The notes: generated from the sequence alone by a model not told the origin. A stretch of DNA of 64,000 bases from Eledone cirrhosa (GCA_964016885.1 OZ024758.1:18662001-18726000), one strand, 5' to 3'. Positions 1 through 17,149 are shown, numbered from the stretch's first letter. Made by a program: numbers and translations.

Positions 1-551
1 TTATAAGATTTAATGTGTGCTTCAATTCATGTGTAGGTATTTTCTTTTGCTGTGTGTGTGTTTGTGTGCGTCTGTGATTTTAAAGAGATTCTATTTCACT
101 GCTGAGACATATTTGAATGTAAATCGAAGAAGCCGTATGTGATAGTAAAGTCATTGTTGAATGATGAATTTGTATCATAAAAAAAAGCCAATGTTGGTAA
201 TATTATGCTTAAGGACGATATATCTATATTTGTTATCCTGTAACGAAAATAAAATAATGAATGGAAGTATTAAAACATATATATTATATCTGTAATTTTA
301 TCTTAAAAACATTGTACAGCTATTGTCATTGTTGCTACTGCTTTTTCATATATACATAAGACTTACACATTCTGTAACAGTGTGTTAAAGATGTTTAGAT
401 GAAGACAACGTAAAAGTAAATAAACTATGCGTTGGATGCAAGATAAAAGAATAGTTGAGAGAGAAATAATCATCTTACTCGCCATAGAATGTTACTTTAC
501 ATCAACATAACTGTTTTGTGGATATCTTCATAAACATTGATAAATGTAAGC

Positions 552-651
<100 letters not shown>

Positions 652-1757
652 CCTAGGTATATCAATTCATGTATAGATATATATAAATATATATACATAT
701 ACGTATGTGTGTTGTGTGAATTAAATAATAGATGATATTCGCATGGTATTTAGGATACATCAGAGAGGGGACTTAAAAATAACAATATTTCATATTGAAA
801 TATTTCAATAGTCTCTCACATGTGTATATATTAGGCAATATAATTCGAAATTTCTCTTCCCTGACTAATAAACATGTTTTGGGGAATCCTTTTGTATTCT
901 AATTCAGAAAAATGTGATAATATATATATTAACATTACGAAAAACATATAGCCAACCCAGGTTGATAGTGTTCATATATATGTGCGAGATTTATATATTT
1001 TTTCAAAGAGGAGGAAATATAAAGGAGTTTTATTCTGGAATCAGTAATACACCCAGTTTAACTATGGAACCCCAGAGTCGTATAGAGCAACAGATATTCG
1101 TCATATATATCTAATAACATGTTAATATGACATGCAAAATTATTAACATAAATGATAATTGTAGGTGAGAAAAGAAAACATGAAGTAAACATTGTGAGTT
1201 TTATATAAGTTGTTTTAACTAGCACAGTCAATGTTGGGATGCAATTAGTAAATGCATGAACCTATGTACACAGATTCAATGTTATTTTACATGCATGTGT
1301 AAAATATGTATCAGATGTACCTATGTCAAATATCAGGGATATATCTGATGAACAAATAAGAAATGATGATCCCACGTTCCTGAAAAATATTTTCTAAGTT
1401 TAGAAAGTTTCCTTTCCATGAATAATTAATGGGATTTAAAAAGAGAAAATATATTGAAGGTAAGGTATGCTGTATCCTCATCTGGAATAATGTATGTCTA
1501 TAGATAGAACGGTAATAAAGAAAACTACATGAACAAATTTAGCAATCAGATTTTATGTATAAAATGAATGAAATAAAAATCCAGAGTCGTAAACAATGCT
1601 GTTAAACTTACAAGACGAAATGTGAAGAAATATCATGTTGAGCGCAATGGGTTTTAAGCGAATACACTGAATCTAATTATATACAATTTCTTATTTTTTC
1701 CAGCTTGCTACGTATATCTCCCTTATTCTCTAAGATTAAATATTTACACACACACGC

Positions 1758-1839
<82 letters not shown>

Positions 1840-2096
1840 GTAGATATACATATATATTCATACACAAAAGTACATATATTTATTTACATATACCCATATA
1901 TTCATACACAAACGTACATATGTATATTTATATATACCCATATATTCATACACAAACGTACACATGTATATTTACATATACACATATATTCATACACAAA
2001 CGTACATATGTATAATAAACATTTTGAAGACCCAGTCGCTATAGAATAGAATACCTCACGTATTACAATTTGAGATTCTCGATAAAAGTAAGGGAA

Positions 2097-2139
2097 GTAA
2101 TCTACGCGTTTCATTCTTGTTAGAAATCTTCAGGATTAC
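2097..2139 (-). ncRNA. Type I hammerhead ribozyme (retrozyme unit 1)
   Basis: Minus strand: GUAAUC-CUGAAGA-UUUC UAACAA GAAU-GAA-ACGCGU-A/GAUUAC. Stem I is 6 bp and extends via 2076-2090 pairing with 2148-2162. Stem III is the palindrome ACGCGU. Confidence 0.9.
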
Positions 2140-2408
2140 ATATCCAATACTTTTATCGAGAACGACACAGCTAGAGACTTATAGAATACTTAGCTGTGTA
2201 CAGGAACTGGTTTGATAGAGCGGTAACCGGTCCGGCAGAAATTAGAATTTGGATTTAATGCTCTGAAATAGCGATATATATGTGAAGACAAACATAGAAT
2301 ATTCGAAAATATTCTGTATGTTTATAATAAACATTTTGAAGACCCAATCGCTATAGAATAGAATACGTCACGTATTACAATTTGAGATTCTCGATAAAAG
2401 TAAGGGAA

Positions 2409-2451
2409 GTAATCTACGCGTTTCATTCTTGTTAGAAATCTTCAGGATTAC
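2409..2451 (-). ncRNA. Type I hammerhead ribozyme (retrozyme unit 2)
   Basis: Identical motif 312 bp downstream. Confidence 0.9.
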
Positions 2452-2720
2452 ATATCCAATACTTTTATCGAGAACGACACAGCTAGAGACTTATAGAATA
2501 CTGAGCTGTGTACAGGAACTGGTTTGATAGAGCGGTAGCCGGTCCGGCAGAAATTAGAATTTGGATTTAATGCTCTGAAATAGCGATATATATGTGAAGA
2601 CAAACATAGAATATTCGAAAATATTCTGTATGTTTATAATAAACATTTTGAAGACCCAATCGCTATAGAATAGAATACGTCACGTATTACAATTTGAGAT
2701 TCTCGATAAAAGTAAGGGAA

Positions 2721-2757
2721 GTAATCTACGCGTTTCATTCTTGTTAGAAATCTTCAG
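2721..2757 (-). ncRNA. Hammerhead core (unit 3) with the stem I 5' arm lost at the insertion junction
   Basis: Same core, but the flank reads CAGGGGTAC instead of CAGGATTAC. Confidence 0.7.
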
Positions 2758-2970
2758 GGGTACATATGTATATTTATATATACCCATATATTCATACACA
2801 AACGTACATATGTATATTTATATATACCCATATATTCATACACAAACGTACATATGTATATTTACATATACCAACATATTCATACAGAAACGTACATATG
2901 TATATTTACATATACCCATATATTCATACACAAACGTACATATGTATATTTACATATCCCCCCCCCCCAC

Positions 2971-3015
<45 letters not shown>

Positions 3016-3016
3016 G

Positions 3017-3180
3017 GGAGTGTAACTTGGAGTTACTGCAGGTTCACCCGGGTGAGCACTAGATTATATAGTCCGGTAAGATCGATACAGATCAAACCTT
3101 GAGCTGATCAGTGGCGAAACGCGCGTCACCTACCAATAAATGTAATGAAGGAGTAACCAATCGTCCTTGGTATCCTTTCA
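3017..3180 (+). mobile_element. Small TA-flanked element with a hammerhead 3' half (GAAAC-GCGC-GUC)
   Basis: GCTGATCAGTGGCGAAACGCGCGTC ends at 3127. Related copies lie at 17347-17478 and 57520-57680 (both minus). No intact CUGANGA box found. Confidence 0.5.
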
Positions 3181-3730
3181 ATATATATATATATATACAT
3201 ATATATACATATATGTACACTCATATATACGCACATATACATATGATTGTATACACACATGCATAATGCATAAATGTATATACTTTTTCTGGTTGAATCA
3301 TATATAACATGTTGGAGTAGTGTTATTCTCAAAATCATTCTAATTACGTATTTGCAGTAATTTTGGAATTTATTTCAATGAATATTATTGTTTTTGCCCC
3401 CCCCCCCCCCTCCTTCATAAATAACGATATTTGAAAATATCTGACTTAACATTCTCTATATAGTGTGTAACAGGTTGTACACACTACCTCCATAATCTGA
3501 AGCGGACTGTAAGCATTATTCGAAACACAAGGCATACATCATAACCTCGTTAGTTCCACTAAATACAGCACATTATATATTATCTTCGCAGTAATATGTG
3601 CTACTGACAGCATGAGATAATACATTTCTCCGGAATTATGGAAATTATAGAGCACTAAGTTTTAAAACCGCTTGATTTAATCGAGTTATTTAAATCAGCT
3701 CTTAAAATCTAGAGTGCAAGAGAAACCAAA

Positions 3731-4100
3731 TATATATGGTCATGAGTCGTGGGTAATGATGGAAATAATACGATCACGAGTACAAGCAGCCCAAATGGGG
3801 TTCCTCCGAAGTGTATATGGAGTAACGTTACTCGAGTGAATGCGTAGCTCAGAGAGTCACCTAAGTTAGAGTCGCTATTTCTCCAAATTATGAGATCACA
3901 GCTCTCTCTGATATTATGGGCATTTGGTTAGAATGTCTCAGGATAGAATGTGGTAGAACCCGAGAAAGATGGTTGTATAACATCCATGAGCTTGGCTGGT
4001 CACGCTTGGGGATCCAGCCAGATGATTTGGAGACGGTTGCTTCTGACATGACCGTCTAGAAGGTGGGTTTGTGGATTTTCCCAAATACCCCCTCTGGAAT
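3731..4100 (+). mobile_element. Decayed RTE-clade LINE fragment (RT C-terminal region)
   Basis: Translates as IYGHESWVMMEIIRSRVQAAQMGFLRSVYGVTLL*...YYGHLVRMSQDR, matching the RTE YGxExW...GHxxRM motifs. Contains stops and frameshifts. Confidence 0.75.
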
Positions 4101-4190
4101 AAGTAGGCAAATAATTGAACTTAGTTAATTATCAGACAAGAATTAAAATAAATGTTATATTATAACGCCACTGTTATGTATGATTTAGCC

Positions 4191-4238
4191 TTATAATGTA
4201 GTAGGAATATATGTTAATATATTCCTACTACATTATAA
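4191..4238. repeat. Perfect 22-bp inverted repeat with a 4-nt loop
   Basis: TTATAATGTAGTAGGAATATAT-gtta-ATATATTCCTACTACATTATAA. Confidence 0.9.
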
Positions 4239-4292
4239 CGCTAATATACGGGAAATCGTGGCAAAATATTTAATTTACTTAAATCTTGTGAC

Positions 4293-4455
4293 CAGGGCCT
4301 TCAGGGAGAAATTTTGCAAGGCGGTACAAACCACTTTGTGGCACGAAGCAGACAATGGTTTTTCTCAAAACCGATGTTGCATGTTTGTTGTGGGGTTTTC
4401 ATAGCTCTTGAGCTCCGGAACAACTACCTGCTGGGCCCCTATTTCTTAGACCCTG
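4293..4455. mobile_element. Possible old hAT-type MITE
   Basis: CAGGG...CCCTG termini, flanked by an imperfect 8-bp duplication (CTTGTGAC / CCTGTAAC). Confidence 0.4.
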
Positions 4456-6931
4456 CCTGTAACATTGAATTATTCCCATCAATTGATAAGGTGTGTCAAG
4501 TATGTTATTAGCGCATATACAAATGTATCTTTTAGAACATTTTCAAACATTCCTTTCTATTAAGGAAATTATCTTCCGTCATATAACTATTAAACTAAGA
4601 TATTTCTGGAAACTAAGATATTTCTGGAAACTATGTATTTCTGTTATGTTGATTCATTTTGCTATGTAATATATTGTTTTCCTCATATGCAGTAGATGGA
4701 ATTATCAATCAAGTAGAATATTATTTATAAGCACATTGTATTTACCTCATTGTGTGCTACATTGAATTAACATTTCTTTCAAATGAAGCAAATTGTAGGC
4801 GAATAATATATATTATATCATATATTCCGAGTAACATTTCGCATATTTATATTATTTATATACTCTTTCGCTGAGTCTTCGAATTCACATCAATCAAGTG
4901 TTTCCTCTTTCTCAACACTATAAATGCTGATTATAAATTTATGCTTCTCAATTTAATCCAGAATGATACGCTAATTCGGAACAAACGACGCTAAGTTAAT
5001 AATCGAATATAATACAAATTATATTAAGACATATCTATGCGTTTTATATATCATTTCATCTAAGCGAACAGAGGCGTCTAATTTAAGAATACTCTAACTA
5101 CAATAAGTTAATATCTGGGTATACTTTACCATTGTTTTACAATACAAGTTGCGGTGATTATATATGACAAATATCAAACACATTTCATTTTAATTATCAG
5201 ATAGCTGTTGTTATGGTGCAGTATATAACCATGTAATATCATGAATATCTTTTACGACTTGAAATTATTCCAAGAGAGCAGTATTTTAAATTATGTTTGA
5301 GTCTCTTTACCGGACAATTCATTTTGAGATGCAAGGCAACTGAATATGTAACAGGTTGAAATGTTACTGAAGCTATGCCCATATATTGAAATATGTGAAT
5401 AACATATGATTAATGCTGGTGTCGGTGATCAGATAAAGACCATCATGTCATAGTATATGGTTACAGATAATGTGTGATAGAATTAAGACATTCATTATAA
5501 TACAATGACATCCGGAATATTTACACAATTTGCTGTTATGAAATAGAAGAGGAACATTTTGAATTCTGTTGATCTTCATTTTAATTCTATAACCAGATGA
5601 GCTACTCCATGTACAATATAAGCATCAACTTAATGCCTGGGCAACTACATAGAAGTAGAGGTCGTCTGCAACAACGTATCTGGACAAGGTATGTGCCGAC
5701 ATGGGATGAAATTGAACGGGTCTTGGATTCATAATGCTAGATCGGGACATGGAAAGAGTACTGTTCATTTGATCGAGAAAACCCGACTCGTGAGTGAGCG
5801 ATAATGACAGTCACATTCGGTCTAAAGGTTTCAGTATGTCTTGTGTGCTTGGTTGGGAGATTGTCCGAGGGGAATATTTGACTTGACTAATATAACATAA
5901 CTTTAACGAGTGACACAATCACGTAGAAGTAGAAGAGAGTACATGTTCTGCACTGCTATGTTTTAAATGATTAAACACTCGCTAACCACTATTCTAAAAC
6001 CATTAATTATACAAGGAATATGTGATTTAATACAACCTCCTCTGATACTTAAAATTGGTTCAGGTTGAGACAATCGGTAAATATGATTCTACAGTGCATT
6101 ATTATATACTGTTTCTTCACAGATATTATAATCATTTAAATCAACCAGTGCGTTGGTGTAAGAGTTTATTATTATATATCCAAGACAGCACATCGTCGCT
6201 TTGATTTTCATAATAATTTCCGTTTAAATGTTTCACACTGTATAGTAATTAATATTCAAACATTGTTATCAAATAATCAAAAACGTATTCTGTAATATCG
6301 TAAATATAATATCCCACACATCTAGCGTAGCTAAGATATGAAATAAATAGATTAAATTCTGATAATGCTCTAATAGTTTTCTATTTAATACAAAAGGTAT
6401 AAATTAATAAATGGGAAATGCTATGCCATAGTCTTATGAAGAAGAATATTTCATCCAGTTATATTCTTTGTCCATTAATGCACTTTATTCATGATGTAAA
6501 CTATTCCAAAGGGGGCACATATTCAATGCTTACATTATTATTCTTAAGTATGTTAATATCTTAATTGATGTTTTCCATTAAATTCTACAAGTAGACATTT
6601 AGCTTCTCACAATTTACCGAGTTTTCTCCATTTGCATCATGACACACATTTTCAATCAAATATTATTTATTAATTTATATATAAATATATAAGGAAACGC
6701 TATTAACGCAAATATAAACGCACCCATTATAGATCCCCACGTTTCTATTAAAGTGAATATTGTGAAACAATTTCAGTGCTGCATATATGAGGTAGCTTTC
6801 TTGAGGTATAACGTGAATATAAATAATTAATATCAGTATTTTGAATAATGAATTATTCAACTCTGAAATGCTACTTCTTTATTCACGTTATACACAGATT
6901 TAGTTAATTTACAAATAAACCCCAAGATATA

Positions 6932-10544
<3,613 letters not shown>

Positions 10545-10545
<1 letters not shown>

Positions 10546-10730
10546 ATTGTTTCTACTTTTGGCACAAGGCCAGCAATTATCCAGTGCATTACTGGTACTT
10601 TATTTTATCGACCCCGTAAGGATGAAAGGAAAAGTTAACCTCGGCGGGATTTGAACTCAAACCATAAAGGGGCGTAACACTTTGCTGCAAAGCATAGCGT
10701 CAGACCCTCTACCGATACTGCCAATCCACA
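10545..10730 (-). mobile_element. SINE family A (tRNA-like head)
   Basis: Reverse complement reads GGATTGGCAGTATCGGTAGAG...GTTCAAATCCCGCCGAGG...GGGGTCGATAAAATAAAGTACCAG...GGCCTTGTGCC, with A/B-box-like motifs. About 10 copies in the window. Confidence 0.8.
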
Positions 10731-10759
10731 TAATATATATATATAAATATAAATATATA

Positions 10760-10791
<32 letters not shown>

Positions 10792-10792
10792 A

Positions 10793-10823
<31 letters not shown>

Positions 10824-11094
10824 TATATGTATATAGAAATATATAATATATATATTTATAAATATAAATATATATATATATATAAATATATAATATATAT
10901 AAATATATAATATATATATAAATATATAATATATATAATATATATAATATATATATATGTGTGTGTATGTTTGAATTGCTCAATCGGGGGTCACCACAGT
11001 AAGGTACTCAATACATTAGTAGAAAGTAAACATCTGATCTAAAATGGGTTTTCCTGATGATTTCTCTCGAATGAGACAGTTGTAATAATGTAGA

Positions 11095-12590
11095 AGCCAT
11101 TTCAATATTGAACCTGAAATCCATGAACAACTCCCTTTCCTCGACATCCTCATTAAGAAAACAAGCAACAAAATAGACACAGACATATACTACAAACACA
11201 CAGACTCCAAAAATACCTTCCATTCAACTCGTGCCACCCTAGATACACCAAAATGGCAATTCCTTATAACCTAGCCAGAAGGAGCTGCACAATAGTTTCA
11301 GATAAATACACATGCTACACACGATTAGAAGTATTTAAAAAACACACTTATCTGTAGAAACTACCCACCATCCCTAATCACCAATGCATTCCAACGTGCC
11401 CTAGAACTAGACATCCAGGAACTCAGATACCCCAAACCCAAGAATGAACCGCAACAGAAAACTCTACCATACATCTCCACACACAACCCATCACCAATGA
11501 GGCATTCAACACCATCCTCCAGAACATTCCTTTACTAAAAAAGAGACCCAAGAATGAACAAAATCCACCAAACACACAACATCATAAAGAGCAAAATACA
11601 ACCGAAATGCAAAAAAAAACATCCCCACACAAGCCAAATTCCAACAAACACTCACAATTAGGCCTACAGTAACAAAATACAGAAGGCCCAACTGTAGCGT
11701 ATGCATAAATCTAATAGAAGGTTCAACATTCCATTTTAAACAAGGACAGCGTTTCACAGTTAAACACAACTTTACATGTACATCTGAAAGCCTTATCTAT
11801 GTTTGACCTACTCATGCTCAAGAGAACTACATAGGACAGACAAAAAACAGCCTCCGTCAACGTATGACCGTCCATAAGTTACAATTTAAAATACAAGAAT
11901 ACCGAAAGATTACATTTAGTGAACATATCGCCAATTGTGCTCGCAACCAACATCCAAACTTTAACATTTTCCCCATTCACAAATTCATAGACAACGCTAT
12001 TTTCATCCAACGTACCAATAAGGAAACATATTTCATTAATAAATTCCAACCCCTACTCAATGCTCTAAAAATCGGACCAATCTAAAACTGCAACAAACAA
12101 TCAAACATTTACAGGAGTTACCTTCCTCACGCCCTACCTAATCCTTTTTCTTAAATAAATTAAATATCAACCAGTAAGAATTGCTTCCCACAGCATATTA
12201 ACTCTCTAAAAAGGGAAATCATATCAAACCTCAGTCCACCATGTACCTCCATCATGCATAAACTAATCACTCTTGCTATATTAACACATTTTGATCTGCA
12301 TAACTTCAATGACTATGCTTGTAAATAACATTATTTTTTCTTCCACATTGACTTTTGACGCTCTACATTATGCACGTTTTTTCTCCTTTTTAGTTTTACT
12401 TCATAAATCTTGTTTGTAATTAACATTCTTTCTGCACCTGCTGTTTAATATGTGCGACACCACACTAATACATTTCACTATCATTTCATAATGCATAAAA
12501 ATGCTGAAACCGGTAATAGACAATAATTAAATATATAGATAGATAAATAAATGCCATTCTTAAATAATAAATAAATCAACTAATACATAT
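11095..12590 (+). mobile_element. Decayed Penelope-like element (RT thumb + GIY-YIG endonuclease + 3' region), Neptune-like
   Basis: Frameshifted translation: EQLPFLDILIKK..DTDIYYKHTDS..FNSCHP..AIPYNLARR; Cys linker KYRRPNCSVC; LIYV...NYIGQT..LRQRMTVH...ETYFINKFQPLLN* (stop at 12085). Confidence 0.88.
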
Positions 12591-12737
12591 ATATATACTA
12601 TATATATATACATATATATATACACTTCACACAAAGTAAAACATTTTGTTTTAATCATTTTTTTAACCCAGAAAAAAGAGAAACAAAAAAGGAAAAATAT
12701 ATTTTTTTCTTCCTAATAATCGTCTCTTTCTCCTTGT

Positions 12738-12769
<32 letters not shown>

Positions 12770-13244
12770 CCTAACTCGTGTGCCTCCACACAATATTTTA
12801 TTATCACACACACACGTGTATATGTGCTTTAATAATCTCGATACATGCAATACATAATAGAAAATATAAACTAATCTTCATTTTATATCTTCTTTAATGT
12901 TGCAGTAGTATGAGCAGAAAACGGATTACAATTCAAATATTTATTTTATGTAAAAGGAAAATGAAAATATGACAAGATATCTGTAGTAAGGTAAGACCTG
13001 TAATTGTATAAGACTAGAAAAGAGGAAACATTAAACACGCCGCGTGTCTTGCATTATATGGATTCTGTAAGTTAACAGGAATATTTACGGCTGGTAATCT
13101 AATGCCCACCAACATACACATATATATTTGTTTTAATTAATCAAACATTTCTTTATTACGCAGATAATAATTATAATACTATTCAAACACGTATTCCCGA
13201 ATAGAGGGCGTCGATTAATGTGTTGATTATGGCCCTTACCATTC

Positions 13245-13360
13245 TGTGTTCAAATCTCGCCGAGGTTAACTTTGCCTTTCATCCTTACAGTGTCGATAAA
13301 ATAAAGTACCAGTAATGTACTGTGTAATTGCTGGCCTTGTGCCAATAGTAGAGACAATTA
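13245..13360 (+). mobile_element. SINE family A, partial
   Basis: GTTCAAATCTCGCCGAGG...GTCGATAAAATAAAGTACCAG...GGCCTTGTGCC. Confidence 0.75.
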
Positions 13361-14179
13361 TAATCGGCGTACTTTCCTGTAAGTAAAAAGCCACAACGGT
13401 GATTGCCTGAACCAGCATAAGTCATGATAGCTATAAATCAATTACTAACATCGATCTGCAAATGTGTATATGTGACATATCAAACTGAGGGTCACACATG
13501 ACAATTAAGTGCGCACATTACAACTAATCTTGTTTATTTTATATTACGAAGATAGAACATGCTCGTGCTGTAAAAACATTTGTGAGGGCCGCAGGTGCGC
13601 TTGTAAAGGGCCAACAATGTGACATGACTGGTGTATATGATATATCTTTCTAATTTCTGAACTTACACTCCATGTAATACATATATCGACCTCCGTGTCC
13701 TGATACATATTCTCTTACATGTCCAGTTAAATTAGTCATTGTATCAACCAAATGATAATTTTCTCTGGAAGTAATCTCACTGATTATCATTATATTCCTA
13801 TCAATTATAATCAATAAATCACGAAATCTATTGATATTTTGCGTTAAGATAGGTACAGTATATCCATGCCTCATGCATAAGGTGTCTAAAATAGTTAACG
13901 CCAGGAAATATGGGCATACAACTGAAAAATAACTGCTTAGAATACGACCTCCCTATGAGTTTAGTATCATTTTATGACAATCCTAATTCAGAATCTGTTT
14001 CCTTCTTTTCAAATAAATGACTGATCTGGTAAACCTATCAATAATCACACCCCTGATGTTTGCTTTAACCCTACGTAATTCTTATGATACTTCTATGTCT
14101 CTTACATCGTCCTGTTGCTCTTATATTCGTGGATAATTCTATAACGAATCATCTCCTCTCCCCCCCCGTTCAATGTATA

Positions 14180-14520
14180 TTGACTCATTTTGCCACAACC
14201 CTGCTAATCTCCAGTGCCTCATTTTGGCTCAAACCTACCAATCTCTAGTGACTCATTTTTCCACAACCCCGGCAATCTATAGTGATATATTTTCCCCCAC
14301 CCTACCAATCTATAGTGACTCATTTTGGCTCAACCCAACCAATCTCTAGTGGCTCCTTTTGGCTCAACCCAGCCAATCTATACTGTCTCATTTTTCTCCA
14401 CCAAGCCAATCTATAGCAAGTCATTTTCCCCCACCTCTGTCAATCTATAGTGACTTATATTTCTCCACCCCAGTCAATATACACTAACTCATTTTGCCCC
14501 ACCTCTGCCAACCTATAGTG
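14180..14520. repeat. Degenerate ~36-bp minisatellite
   Basis: About 9 units of CCAATCT(C/A)TAGTGACTCATTTT... Confidence 0.8.
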
Positions 14521-15707
14521 CTTCGTTTTGTAGCTGAATAACTTCTAATACACACATTGATCGTGTATGGACTCTTCCAGGTAGTGGTGTGATTATTTTT
14601 CTACCTCATTTCGAAATTATTTATGCGACGTATGTTCACCTTTTTATCTCTGCAGCACACATAATCACAGCCAAACAAATTAATTATACCGCACAAATTG
14701 TGTGTACTGTTCTGAAAGTTAATAACAGGAATGTTTGTACGTGTGTCTATAAAAAGAATGAGTGAGACAGAGAGAAAATTAGAAAACATAGATGGATAGA
14801 CATATAGATAGATACATAGATAAACGTTCCTTGAAACAATAGATATTATTGTTATCGGATGTTGATTCATATTCTCATATATTAAATAGAGTTGAATTAG
14901 AGCCAACACATATTATCTTCTGTGATATTACGATGGGTGTATTTAGTCGCCCAGGGCACTAAACGTGAAACAACTTCGACTGCAAATTTTCTATAATTAA
15001 TCAGGTCCGGCCAGTTATAATAAAATATCTAAAATTAGATTCAGTAAATGTAGGTAAAATGCAAACATAAATAACCGTAATATGTTCAACCTAATGCTGC
15101 CCCTCTCCTATTTATTGCTAAGTAGGAATGTGAAATGACGGTTAATACGTGGATCGAAAGGGAATAATCATCATTACTTTATTATATTTACTTTCGGAAA
15201 CAAAATTGTATAAACTTTCAAGTTTCATATATATAACATTTTTCAACATTGAAATAGTTTCTGGTTTATATGGTAAATACTGATTAATTCTAAATGGATT
15301 ATTTAAAAGCTCCACAACAATTTATATAAACGGATCAATTCGAGGAGGAAAGAGAACGCTTGAAATTGATAGGAATCTAACAACATACGCAGCAATTATT
15401 TTTGAACCATGTTAAACAATTCACAGTTCGTTCTTATCATTGAGAAAATGCCGTTGGTGTTGCAAAAGCGTATAACGAGTTGTGAAGATACAATGTAAAT
15501 ATTAGTTGACAATAATGACTACTGGTAACATTGATGGTTGGGCGAATATGTTCTCTACGTAATTAACATTGTTCTCGCATACTTATGATGCTATCCAACT
15601 GCCTAGATAAATGCACATTACTGCAAAAATTACATTCTCATAAAGGTTTACGAACCTTAGATATATGACACCTCATTAATGATTGAATGTACCCTATAAA
15701 AAGAGAA

Positions 15708-15751
<44 letters not shown>

Positions 15752-16338
15752 TGTAGAAATCTAAAGAGCACAAAATGTCCCCATATTTTACAGCTATAAT
15801 CGAACTCCGTATTTCAGTTGACTACTTTATACCATTAGCTTAATCTTTTAGAAGGCAGAATAATAATTTAAGACGTTCTTTCTCTGATATTCCCTCATTG
15901 CTAGTTAGCTTTCCCGACGTGTCACTGTCAGTAGGACGATATATTTGCATAATCTGTTGGGCAGGTAATAAAGCTATTTCTCCTTCAGCCACTTTTCATA
16001 TATATGTATATAAATAACATTCTCTATGGCTTAGGTATATCCACCAACCTTAGAACCTTCTCTCACTTATCTTTCTCACTGTTTTGTCTGTACACATATT
16101 TAGACTCGAATTGTGTTCCTTTTTATTGCCCCTTTCTTTGCTCATCTGTTCATACCCTCGTGTCACAATATCCGTATAGCAATTGACGTATTTTGAATCT
16201 TGATGATGTGGTGTTTCTCATGGATGGGTACCTACCTCTCCTACAACGTAAACGCTGATACTACAACGTAAACGCTGATACTGTAGCTGAATAGGAAAAC
16301 AGGATAGATGTTTAGTTTTTTTCCGGCCTTCCATTCGG

Positions 16339-16377
<39 letters not shown>

Positions 16378-17149
16378 CTGTATGAACACACCCATCGCCA
16401 CTCACTGATACTCAAACCCTTATATATATATATATTGAAAATGAGGAAAATATTTTTCAAATATAATAAACATAATTATAATATTTTTTCTATCTCAATG
16501 GACAGCAAAATGGCGTAAAACTGATAATATTCATCGTCTATGCCAACCGAGCCCAGTATAAATAATGGCTTTCACTTTGGTAAAACTATGATAAACTTCG
16601 AACAAAGGAAAGACTTAATTTCCCAGGGTAAAATCGTTACATATTTACACATCAGTTGCCAATTTCTGAAGGTTTTACAATATAATATAACACAATATCA
16701 GCAGAGAGAGACACTTTTTGTATACAATATAATTTGCAGATAAAATCGGGACACATCAATTATAATTGATTTGAAAATATCTAGAATTAAATGGTATCGG
16801 AATGTATAGAAAAATATACAATCGTGTAAGACACCTTTATTTATACATATGCATATATTGAACTTTATCTGTGTGAATACGTGGTATATTTTAATCGGTT
16901 GTGGAATTGGCAATGTCTTTAGAACGTTGGATATAATACTTTGAGTCATTCGTTTCGGATCTATGTGACCTGAATTGTGACTGAGTATTGATAAGCATTG
17001 ATTTTCACAATAGTCTAGTCTTACTCAACTGTTCTTTTGGTATTGAAGGTGGTCTCCATGATGTTTGGGCAAGTTGTGCTTTTTTAATCAAACAATAGTT
17101 AGGTTCATATCAGTGGCGAGATATAGAGCTAAACTGTGTGTAATATAAT

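Larger units (their letters stand above)
2011..2758 (-). mobile_element. Tandem 312-bp repeat array (~2.4 units) with one hammerhead ribozyme per unit; non-LTR retrozyme-like
   Basis: TATAATAAACATTTTGAAGACCC recurs at 2011, 2323 and 2635 (period 312). About 4 substitutions separate units 1 and 2. Each unit has an HHR on the minus strand. Inserted in a 44-bp minisatellite with TACATATGTATA duplicated (2003-2014 / 2761-2772). Confidence 0.88.
1845..2958. repeat. 44-bp minisatellite interrupted by the retrozyme array
   Basis: Unit TATACCCATATATTCATACACAAACGTACATATGTATATTTACA, about 4 copies on each side. Confidence 0.85.

Noticed and set aside
5640-5810. Possible RTE 3'-end relic
   Set aside because: Only faint RGR..W and A.DR..W resemblance; too degraded to call.
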